This document shows positions 52,154 to 63,784 of a stretch of 64,000 nucleotides of DNA, one piece after another (the stretch's first letter is position 1; each line of letters starts with the position of its first letter). Position numbers and translations under genes: made by a program. The notes under the pieces are model-generated. The model made no database searches, had not been told where the DNA came from, and saw only the letters and a list, made by a program, of their open reading frames with translations. Source of the stretch: Cycas panzhihuaensis (taxonomy: Eukaryota > Plantae > Cycadophyta); the NCBI GenBank assembly GCA_023213395.1, contig CM041465.1, forward strand, positions 81,413,741 to 81,477,740, read 5' to 3'.

Positions 52154-55152
52154 TGTTAGGAAATAGACCTGCAATAAGATATTTACAAATAGAATAGAAC
52201 ACCTCCATAGGATCAAACGGTACCCTTAAGGTACCTCAAATTATATTAACAAAACATCCTTACAACAACATTCAATATGATACACTATATTATGTATTTA
52301 TAATACAAGTCATGATGGAAGAGTAGGACCCACTTGCATGTGAGATAAATCAAATGTGCATTAATATTCCAACACTCCCCCTTAATGCACATTTGGATCA
52401 TTTGTACTTGTAACGCCTTGTCCTTGGAAGTGTCTTGAAAATGATGTCTTCAACTTGATTCTTGTCTTCAAACTTGTAGTGATGTCTTTATTGTAGAATG
52501 ATGTCTTCATTTTGATTTGCGTCTTCAATTATGTACTGATGTCTTTGTAGGATGATGTCCTCAACTTGATTTCTATCTTCAATTATGTAGTGATGATGTT
52601 GATGTAGCAACTCTAGCAAGTGAAAATCATGATTCTTCATTGTGCCTAGTCTAGTTTGATTTTGATGTAGATCCTGTAAATAACCATCTTCAATCACAAC
52701 TTGCCTGTCATTATTATCTTGTATAAACTTTTGAACACTATGTACAATAGTGATTTCTTCAACCTTAGGAGTGGAATCTTGATCAACTTGCATACTATTT
52801 GAACTTGAAACAATGCTCAAAGAAGAAATATCATTCAAACTTGAATCAATACTCAAAGTAGGAATATCATCAATATAAGACTCGTCCTTTACAGAACCAT
52901 CGGATTCATATTCAATCTCTATTGAAATCATGTTGTCATCTATATAAACGTTTATCAACTCATCACTTTCAATGTCTTCATTAATAGTTGTAGTCTCATC
53001 AATACATTCAACCATCATTTCTTTACATTTAGTAGAAGTTTCATTAGTACTCATACATTCTTCATCCTAACATATCATTTCATTAGTGTTGATGATATTT
53101 TCTTCATCCATTGTACCTGTACCATAACTAACCTTAATTACTTTTTCAATCATTCGTTGTGTCTCTCCAGGAGTTTGTTCAAATACTTCCCTTAGAAAAT
53201 CTCAAGCTTCTTTAGCATTACTTGCATATAGAATCATAGGAATGACAAAATGGAATTTGGAAGGAAGATCAACCTCATTGAATACAGCACGAATCATAAT
53301 GAATGCTTTTCTTTCTTCTCAAGAATTTCCTTTTCTTCTTCATCATTAGGGATATCATATTCATCAGTAACAGTCTTCCACAAACCTCTAGTTATGAATA
53401 GACATCTTATTTTAATTGTCCAAAAGAAGTAGTCTTCACCATTATACTTAGGTATTGGAAGAAATAAATCCTTCAAGTAATATTCATTTATTTCAGGAAC
53501 ATACATAACCACATCATTCTCTTCCATGATTATAAATGCCATCTCTAAACAATGTGTCACTTTTTTAATCAACAAACTCACTTAACATTGGTAACTTGCT
53601 CATTAATCATACTCACCAAATTCTCTCATATCTCATATCTTTCACATCATTGACTTTATCCTCACATCATTACCTTTCACATATCACCAATCAACCACGT
53701 AGAATCAAAACACTCACTTCATCAAATGAATGCCTCATAAATCTCACAATGATCATACATGTCATATGTCGCTACCAAGACACACACTTTACTTGATTGT
53801 CCGAAACATATAACTCATGCCATTACACTATTTAATAATTTTACTTCCTTGCAACTCAGGTATCTTCAATAAGAAACTCATCGTTCTTTGTCCATTCAAT
53901 CAACTAGAATGCATCATCAAACATCCCTAATCTCATCCTCAAAACATGCCCAATAATTGCCCAATCTTGTCATGTTAACCTCACATGCAACAAGCATCTC
54001 ATCGCCTCATACCACTATCTTTCTTGCCCTCAAATTAGTCTTATCATTCCCATAAAGTCCCTTCACATAAATCATATTCCAAGGAGCACTAAATCACCAT
54101 ATTCTACCTAACTCATTCATGCAAACACATGTAATGTCGCTTCATCACCATACTATGTCATCATCACAATGGCTCTCTCATATGAACACATGTAAGAAGG
54201 CACTTAATTTTCCATTAAACAATTACCATCATACACTTTAAATCACCAATGGAGTGCCAAATATCACTACTTTGTCACCAATTAAGAGTACAAAACACTT
54301 ATATCACCTCATTACCATTGCCTCATTCATGTCACCATATCAATATGAAACCCTTAAATTCCCAAAAACTTATTTCTGAAAAAACGTATAGCCCAAAAAT
54401 ACATAAAATATAGATGGAAATGATGCCCTTTGAAATACAATTCCAACAATTTAGATAAAATTGAATTATGATATCTAGATCAAAAGTTATGCTCCTTTTA
54501 AGAATTTCATAATTAGGGTTTCTAGGGGTTATAATAGTACCTTCTGATAAACTACTAATAACATTTTATTTTGAACTCTTATGAACCTCAAACCACTTCC
54601 ATTAGAAAGTGAATTCAAAAACTCACAGAATAAAGAAAAACTTGAGGTCATTTGGATACCTGTAGCTAAAGTTATGGCTCTTTGAAGTTGAGGTTGCAAA
54701 TCTGTCCCAAAAATATGGCGACAGAAAAATAGCAGGCTGAAATTAATTTTGCTGCAATTTTTACATTTTCACCTCAAAATCTATAGTGCAACCACTCAAA
54801 TTTTATAGAAGGAGCTATTTTGTCTCAATTTTGCCATTACGTTTCAAAAATTTCAACGTTATGACATCTCCCAAATCACTGCTCTAATACCGAACAAAAA
54901 CACCTCTCTCAACTTAGGCGCTCTAATACCATGTTGGAAAATAGACCTGCAATAAGACATTGGCAAATAGAATAGAACACCTCCACAGGATCAAATGGTA
55001 CCCTTAAGGTACATCAAATTATATTAACAAAACATCCTTACAACAACATTTAATATGATACACTATATTGTGTATTTATAATACAAGTAATGATGGAAGA
55101 GTATGACCCACTTGCATGTGGGACAAATCAAATGTGCATTAATATTCCAACA
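52154..55152 (-). mobile_element. Gag-only Copia-derived LTR element (TR-GAG-like), 2999 bp, structurally complete
   Basis: 221-bp LTRs at 52154-52374 and 54932-55152 (~14 differences by manual count), perfect TSD attga/attga, PBS at 54920-54931 and PPT at 52375-52383. No pol is visible. Confidence 0.95.
52488..53581 (-). pseudogene. Copia-type gag N-terminus fused to an acidic low-complexity tail
   Basis: IPKYNGEDYFFWTIKIRCLFITRGLW and ARNAKEA*DFL, followed by a D/E/S-rich 188-aa ORF that ends in 18-aa repeats. Confidence 0.8.
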
Positions 55153-55559
55153 ATTGATTCTATCTCTCATGTGATCTCTAGTATCACTTCATCTTCTACT
55201 TCATTGCCCCCAATAGGTGATGAGACGAGGAAAACTCTTATCACCTATCATAAGAGGTCACCCTTTGACTCTTCTATAAAGTCCCTTGAGTATATAGAGT
55301 GGTGGGTCGACCACTATGGTCCCATCACTCCTTCTACTCCTTATCTCTCATCTTCTTGAAGTGTGATCATCCATGGGATAGATTGCTTCAAGGATGATGA
55401 GGCCTTACTAGAGCACCTAGTAAGCTCTACACCCAATCTCCCTCTTGGTCACCATAGACTGGGTCACCAGAAGATCTTAGCCATTGGGTCACCTCTAACT
55501 AATCTAAACCCATCCTCTTCTTCTTTTCCCCCTCCTATTGACTGAGCCCCCCTTTACTT

Positions 55560-57329
55560 CAAGGAAGGGAATGCCATATTCTTGGGGGAAATCAAAGACA
55601 TCATCCTTGCTCTTAGTAAAGGCATCAAGGTGGGAGAAAAATGTTCTCTTAGGAAAATGAATGAGTACACCCTTCTCTTCCAAGAATTCTGTGATGCTTT
55701 TATAAGGGACTACTTTGATATAAAGGGAATAGACACTTCTATTGTTACCCACAACCTAACTACCATTCTAGGTGCTCACCCCATGCAACAAAATCAATGT
55801 CCTCTTCACTGAAAACTTTTAATTGTAGTGAAGATGAAAGTTAAGAAACTCTTAGATGTGAGGTTAATCACTTCCATCGACTACCCCAAGTGGGTGTCTA
55901 ATATCGTTCATATTGCTAAAAAGAATGAGACGATTAGGATATGCGTTGACTTTCGTGACATCAATAATGCATGTCCTAGGGATAACTTTCCTCTCCCCTT
56001 TATTGATCAAATCATTGATCGAATGACTAGATTTGAATTCATATCCTTAATGGACAACTTCTCAGGATATAACCAAATCTAAATCTCCCCTGAAAAACAC
56101 CATAAAATTGCCTTTACCACTCCATGGGGCACCTTTACCTATAGGGAAATGCCCTTTGGGATTAAAAATATAGGCGCCACTTATCAAAGGGCGATGCAAT
56201 TTGTCTTTCACAACCTCATTAATGAAACCCTTAAGGTTTTCATGAATAGCATGATGGGCCTCTCCCGTATTAGGGCTCACCATGCTAGTGATTTGCGAGC
56301 CATCTTCACCCGATGTCGTATATACTATATAAGCCTAAACCCTCTTAAATATCTGTTTGCCATGATAGCTGGCAAACTCCTTGGTTTCCTTGTTTTGAAA
56401 TAAGGAATCCAAATCGACCCTGACAAAGTCAAGGCCATCCTTGACATGCCTCCTCCTAAGACCCAACGATAAATCAAGTTGTTCTTGGGTAGATTGGGCT
56501 TCCTTAGGCATTTCTTGGTGAACTTCGCCATAAACATAAAACCCCTCACAAACTTATTGAAGATAGGGGTCCCGTTTGTTTAGTCTCTAAAGGCCCATGA
56601 TGCTTTCAAGGAGCTTAAGAGAGCTCTAGCTTCTGCTCTGACTTTGCCCTCCCTCTCTTTAATAGGCCCTTCATCCTTTATACCATAGCCACTAATGAAT
56701 CCTTGGGTGTCATGCTTTCCCAGGAGGATGACTCAAGAACCGAGAGAGCCATTTACTTCATCAGTTGCACCCTAGTTGTTGTTGAGCTTAATTACTTTAC
56801 TGCCAAGAAAAAATGCTGCTCCTTGGTGAATGCTGCTAAGAAGTTCAGGTATTACTTACTTGGAAACACTACTCGAGTGATCGTTCAATCTGATCCCTTG
56901 AGGTATCTGCTAACTTGATCTGACCTGGTAAGTAGGACTAAAAAGTGGGACATCCTCCTTTAGGAATTTGATCTCTAAATCGTTAATAGGAAATCAAAGA
57001 AGGGGATGGTGGTTATTAAACAATGAGTTGACACCCCCATCCCAAACTCTCCTAGTTATCTTGTTGATGATTCCTTGCCTGGTGAACCCATTCTTGCTAT
57101 TTAGAACTCATCCCCCCATCTATTGACTGATAGGAAGTGGTATGGGGATATTGCATGATACCTTACACAGTGGAAGTATCACCCCAATGTGAAAAAAAAG
57201 ATTAGGTTCTATATTTGGGGTACTTATAGGCAGTACTTCCTCATGGAATAGGTGTTGTATAAGAGGTCTTTCGATGGGATCCTTCTCTACTGCATCCATC
57301 CTAACGAGGTAGGTCAAATACTTCGTGAA
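55560..57329 (+). pseudogene. Gypsy reverse transcriptase and RNase H (degenerate)
   Basis: YPKWVSNIV, DNFSGYNQI, MPFGIKNIGATYQRAM, catalytic motif decayed to FMNS, GKLLGF, and LGVMLSQ…KKFRYYLLG. Confidence 0.92.
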
Positions 57330-57734
57330 TGAAGGAATATATACTAGCAGGAGAACAAGGCAGAACATATATCAAATAACCATAAACCAATATTGCATCA
57401 ATACATCAATGTATCATAATCACAATAGCATAAACACATGAAATCCTTGTTGTTCAATCTATTGTAGTAGAAATGAGCATTACAAATCTCTCAAAAGAAG
57501 GCGGTGTCTAAAGACACCAGGGTTGTACACCCCATAATATAAATAGTTTTGGCGGAGAAGGGAAACTCCTCAACCCTTGAATTCAAATTAATAATAAAAT
57601 AATGTAACTTAACTCCAATAAACTAACTCAACTTACCTTAACTTACCTTGACATGTTGAGCATCACATGTCTAAATTGAGATGCACAATCCTGGTAGGTA
57701 AGAGGGAGTTGAGTGATGACATTACACTCCAACA

Positions 57735-58492
57735 TTCTTCCCCTTAATGTCAGCACGAACACTTGTATCTTTTCCTTGAACTTATGGAACTGGTACTTGA
57801 AAAAAACTTTGAAGTTCTGATCTTGATCTTTATCAACTCTTCTCACCCTTATAGCCATATATGTCTCTTTATCATGGAATGATGTAGAAAAACTATAAGT
57901 AGATGAAACTCGATTCAAATATAAATGAATAGCTGTAATTTTGACTTTGTCAATTGGAACATTAAGAAGGCTTTAAACTTGAACTTTTGTAATCTTTATG
58001 CTTTGAACAACTATCATATCATCAGGTTCATTATTTATCATATCATCAGATTCATTCTTCATTATGTCATAAGATTCATCTTCATTCTCCCCCTCAAATG
58101 GAGGATCAAATCCTTGTGCAACAAGGTGGTCCTACATTTGATCTGAATCTTCATGGGTGTTGTCGTCATGATCTACCTGTTCTGTTACCTATCTCACATG
58201 CTCATCAAAAATTTCATTAAATACATGGAGGGTTATCTCCCCCATAAGTAGAAATGAATACATTCCAAACCGATTTAGAAGTTGTTAATTCAGAAACTAG
58301 TGAAAAAACATCATCAGTCATAGTGCAAAATAATAAACCTAACACTTCATTATCTTTTCTAAAATCTTTTTTAATGCTAACATCATAATCATGTTATAAA
58401 TATTTCCACAAATCATGTTCAATAAAATAGTTTCTCATAGTGTTATGCCATTGTGCAAAATTTTGGCCATCAAAAATAGGGAATTGAGTCAT
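57735..58492 (-). pseudogene. Copia-type gag N-terminus plus acidic linker, running into the PPT
   Basis: MTQFPIFDGQNFAQWHNTMRNYFIEHDLW…TTSKSVW, ending QFHKFKEKIQVFVLTLRGRMLE, which resembles a Copia polyprotein C-terminus. Confidence 0.75.
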
Positions 58493-60224
58493 TTTATCAA
58501 ATAACTTTAGTATGTAGAATGAATATGCTTTAACAAGTTAAAATATCAATAAATCAATGAATATATATGATTTTAAATGCCCTTTAGAAAGTCAATCAAC
58601 TAGGCATAATAAGGAAAGAATCTCTTTTTTTTTTTTTTTTTGTAATGATAAAAGAACTTTTCAATATAGGTACATCTTTCAAATAAACTTTGAGATGAAG
58701 TGAATATAAGAGCATATATAAAGATTTTTTGCCTTGATAATAATGTAAAATGCAGAAAATGAAATATATAAAAGTATTTTTCACTTTGAAAAAATAACAA
58801 TATAAAGAAATTTTTAATAAAAAATTAATATGCTCCTTAAAAGAAGGTTTGAATGATAACCTTAGGTTTGAGGGATTCAAAAGTATATTAAATGATATCA
58901 GAATAATATAAAACTTTACGAGTATAAAGATAAATAAAATGTGAACCCAACGAAACTGACCGTTCTGAAAACAGGTTCCCAGAAATCAAGGTTTAGTGAA
59001 TCAAAGCTGCATGCCTTGTTTTGAGGCTAAACAAGAGCAGGGGGTCAAAATGCTAATAAAATACTTATAGAATGCTGTAAGGTGATCAAATATTGTTTAT
59101 AAAATTATTCAATATACTTTTAATTAAAAATTTTTGAAAAACTATATTAAAAAATGTGTAAAAATAGCAGATTTGAGGCAATAAGGTACCTCAACTTTGA
59201 ATGATTTGAAAATCAAGAAAAATATGTTAAAATGTATAAAACATTATGTCAAATCGAAGAGAATTGAGTTAGCTTCCCAACAAAACTAATGGAATTAAAA
59301 TCTGATACAAAATAAAGAAGTAAATATAGCAAAAATGGTAATAGGTGTCTTTATGTAAAATGTTAAGAAATAAGTTAAAAACAACTAAATTCCCACTTTT
59401 AGCGATTAAAATACTAATGAAAATGAAATTAAAAAAAAAAAAAAAAAGTAAGAAGTGGGTATTGAAGTTTATAGAAAGTAGATTGCTATAGAAGAAATCT
59501 GAGCAGAAAGCAATTTACCAGTAATAAATTACAGCCAGTTCTAAAAGTGATTTTGTTAAAAGTGTGTAAAAGGTTAAAATTTTGAATGTCTGATGTTAAA
59601 TTGACCAAAATGGGGTTAAATCTACACCAAATTGGTCATATGACTAGTCAAAATTGGTGTACAGAAAATTTTTGATCTAATGAAATAAATTTTGTCTGAA
59701 ACTGATGCTCCAGCAAAGAGTTATGTCAAAAAAGCGCTAATAACCTTATAAAAAAATAAAAAATTAAAAAAAATAAAAATGAAAACGTTTATAAAAACAT
59801 GAAAAACCTTTTTTTGGAAGTAACTAGCAGTCACGTGATGGTGAAATGGGACCGGGGGCTGAAAGTGGAATGGGATTAAACCCTTTAAACCCCAAATTTG
59901 AAAAATTATACAATTAAATCTAATTTTTAAAAACTTGATGTTAAACATTATATATAAAAAAACACAAAAAACGGCTGCCGCTATGAATGAAGCTAGGCAC
60001 CGATGCAAGCAGCAAGCTACGCTGCGAATAAGTTAGACGCCAAGTCAGGCTTAATAACCAATGAATAATAAATATACTATATCTATAAAAAATGAAACTT
60101 TGCCAATAATAAAACTTCATGCACCTACAGATGCTATTACGCATGCAAATGCTGTTAATGCTACGCGTTAATCACTGTCAGTTGCGCTATTATCAATGTG
60201 CCTATGTTGTGTTAGCTGCACGCC

Positions 60225-60297
60225 AAAGATATATATAAAATGAAAGATAAAGATATATATAAAATGAAAGATAAACACTATATATATAAAATGAAAC
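60225..60297. repeat. Short tandem repeat, about 3 copies of aagatatatataaaatgaaagata
   Basis: Directly visible in the sequence. Confidence 0.8.
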
Positions 60298-60991
60298 CGG
60301 CTGCGCCAAGCACGGCTAATGCTGTTATTAAATGTTGCTAATGATGCTACGCTAGCTGCGCGCCTGCGTATTTATTGTTATTAAATACTGCTAATGATGA
60401 TGGGATTCAAGTTAGTGCTACATATTGTTATTATTATTATTATGTATTGTAGACGTGATTCAAGTTAATGCGGTGTATTGTTATTATGTATTGCAGACGG
60501 GGTTGAGGAGAGCGAGTGCAGCGCTGTTATTAATGAGTGCACCTATTAACTGCACAGAGGCTGTTATCAATGTGCCTAGCTGCGAGTCGAAGTTGTATGC
60601 AGGTGAGTAGAGGTGTGTTCCACCATTATAAGCAGAACTCACGCCACCACCATTATGAGCACACCACCGTTATGAGCACGCTGAGGAACGACTGAGACTC
60701 GGGAGCACAAAGAGATAGTAGGCAGTGCAGCACGCTCCTGTCCTTTTCCGGGAACCAGCGAGAGCAGAGACTTCAAGAAGCTACTCTGAAGATCTAACTG
60801 TATTGTCTTCTTATGAGTCAGAAGTGGACTATCCATCTCAGGAGGTTACAGAAGACGAGAGCAGTGGCAGCAAAATGAGAGAAATGCAAGACACAATATC
60901 AAACTTGCAGGAAGAGAAAGCGAGGGTTTTGATTCAGTTGTCGGTAGAGAGTCTTCACACAAAGCATTTGCAGGATGAAATCAATAATTTG

Positions 60992-61078
60992 AAGGAAGGT
61001 ATGCAGACTAGTGTGGAAGCTATTCTTCTGGTATAAGAGCACAACCACCCGCATATACTGCTATTGCAAATAAGAAAT
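60992..61078 (+). pseudogene. CFIm25: Captured fragment of pre-mRNA cleavage factor Im 25-kDa subunit
   Basis: Translates as [28 protein letters not shown], against plant CFIm25 [29 protein letters not shown] (recalled from memory). The stop is CAA>TAA at 61034. Confidence 0.88.
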
Positions 61079-62868
61079 GCCAAAAGTAGTTTTCTAAATT
61101 GTGGGTCTTGGAATGTATATATTTAGAAATGGTAAATAAAGCTATTTCAGCTGCCAACCAAGTAGCTAATGCAGTAAGGATGGCTACAGTGAAAGATATT
61201 CAAAGATGAATGGATGGCAACATGCCTATTCTAGAGGTATCAGTGGTCAAGTTTATGTAAAATATTACAGTCAACAGGAATTTGATAAGCTTCAAAAAAC
61301 ACTTCAAATTGTGCTCTTATCGTTTGGCATCATTGCATATAAATGCATCTATATGATGTATTGTTTTGAATTTTATCTCTATACAATAATAATAAATTGG
61401 GTTTTAGAAAATATTTAAAAGAAAATATATGGATATTTATACAAAAACATGAGAAATGTTGAGTTTTTTTTTTCTGTCTACTCTTGGTAAGACAAGTTGA
61501 GATAGTCTGGCCTAGAATATATGTCAGGTCTTGTAAAAAAAAATATTAGTAGAAATAAGGAAGGCTATAGATAAAGATATAATGAAAGGAAATCTTTCTT
61601 TCTATTGATTCAATAGAGCACAAATCAACAAAAAATTTCTAAATATTTTGACAAATAGAAATAAGTCAAGCAAATATCATACATGTAGGTGTATCTGAAA
61701 TCTTTTCAAATGTATCCTGCATTAGATATATCAGAAATATATATGTAAATATGAAAAATGTAATCGAAAAACCTGGTAGTGTAGCTGATTTGTAGACTTG
61801 TAGCAGGTTAACCCTTACATATAAGATCTTCAAACTTTCAAGTGTATTCTTCAACAGATAGATTTGCTGCATATACTTCTTCAGATGGCTGAAAATGCCT
61901 CAAAAATTGTAGATATGCAACTGCTATCTTTTATAGATTGAAATATAGCTTGTAGTTGAAAAAAAACTTTTATGAATCTGCACAAATCCTGTGAAATAAC
62001 ACTGAATATACTCATTATATCATAAATAATAACCTAATAATGAGCGAATCTATTGAAAAATATAATAAATCTGTTGAAAAACTTGTAGAAAATACCACCA
62101 AATGATGAAAAATCGTAGATCTGAAGTGAGACCCTGTAGATCAGAAAATAGTGAAAAGACTTACTGAAATAAGCAGATCTATAGTAAAAACTAGCAGATC
62201 TGAAGTAACAAATTATAGATCTTTGAAGAAAACTTGATAACTTTTGTATGCAGCTGATGCTCTTTTACAAATCTGCAAAAAATATCAAATAAGTAGACAA
62301 AATCTTGTAAACTGTCAAAATATATAATAAATCTGTAGATCTGAAGAGAGAATAACTCAAATATGAGAATAAAAACTTGAATTTATATAACTTGCTACTG
62401 AAAATCTTGTGTAGATCTGCACAAATCTTCATAGATCAGTAATAACCTAGCTCTAATACCAAATGAAGGAATATATACTAGCAGGAGAATAGGGCAGAAC
62501 ATATATCAAACAACCATAAACCAATATTGCATCAATACATCAATATATCACAATCACAATAGCATAAACACACGAAAGCCTTGTTGTTCAATCCATTATA
62601 GTAGAAATGAGCATTACAAATCTCTCAAAAGAAGGTGGTGTCTAAAGACACCAAGGTTGTACACCCCATAATATAAATAATTTTGGGGGAGGAGGGAAAC
62701 TCCTCAACCCCTGAATTCAAATTAATAATAAAATAATGTAACTTAACTCCAATAAACTAACTCAACTTACCTTAACTTACCTTGACATGTTGAGCATCAC
62801 ATGTCTAAATTGAGGTGCACAATCTTGGTAGGTAAGAGGGAGTTGAGTGATGACATTAGACTCCAACA

Positions 62869-63720
62869 GTAAATGCCATAATAGAATTTGCAAAGGCCAT
62901 TTTGGGAGCCAGTCCATGGCCTAAGGGATCCTTCATATGGGCTATTATTGGCCATCCCTCTTTAAGGACGCCCACATTTATGCCTTTCGATGTTGTCGGT
63001 GTCAAGAGCACACCAACATCATCTATTTTCCTTTCGAGGCCTTACACCCTGTCATATCTCCATGGCCTTTATCTTAATGGGGATTAGATCTCATTGGGGC
63101 TATAACACTGCCTTCTTTATTACAACATAAGTTCATCTTGACTACGATGAAATACTTTACTAAATGAGCTAAAGCAGTCCTCTTATCCTTTACTTCTAGT
63201 AAGATGATAGCCAGCTTTGTCTACCAGTATATTATTTTCCGATTCAGGGTCCCCGACATCTTGATTACAGATAACAAAACCCCTTTTTGTAATAAGGAAA
63301 TGGATGCACTTTGACAGAAATTTAAGATATCTCATAAAACTTTCTCTCCCTATTACCCCTAGGCCAATGGCCAAATAGAATCTTTTAACAAAAGCCTTAT
63401 AAACATCCTGAAGAAAATTGGAGCCTAATCACAAAAAGATCAGCATCTTCAACTTCCTTATGCCCTATGGGTGTACCACACTTCTATTTGCACTGCTACG
63501 AGGATGATCCCATTCTCCCTTATGTACAAAATTGAGGTAGTCCTCCCATTGGAAGTTGAAATCCCATCCTTGTGAGTTTCTCTTCGGGGTCTCCTCAATG
63601 AGGAGTCCTATCATTAGGCCTGTTTCCTAGACCTCAAAGCCCTAGATGAGAAATGCTTGATTGCATACCAAGTGAATCTTGCCTCTAAAGCTAGGGCGTG
63701 AAAGACATACGATAAACTCC
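62869..63720 (+). pseudogene. Gypsy integrase (degenerate, C-terminally truncated)
   Basis: CHNRICKGHF, GYYWPSLFKDA…CRRCQ, WGLDLIG, RFRVPDILITDN, SPYYP*ANGQIE and ALWVYHTS…PFSLMY…LPLEVEIPSL. Confidence 0.9.
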
Positions 63721-63784
63721 TTTGCCCCTATGTCTGTCCCTGCCGATCGAGGCTCCTCTCCGACCGGGATGGGAGGTTGTCACT

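Larger units (their letters stand above)
57330..62868 (-). mobile_element. Second gag-only LTR element (TR-GAG-like), 5539 bp, carrying captured host sequence
   Basis: 405-bp LTRs at 57330-57734 and 62464-62868 (~18 differences by manual count), TSD gtgaa/gtaaa, PBS at 62450-62461 and PPT at 57735-57745. Excision restores host QILRE|CHNRICKGHF. Confidence 0.95.
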
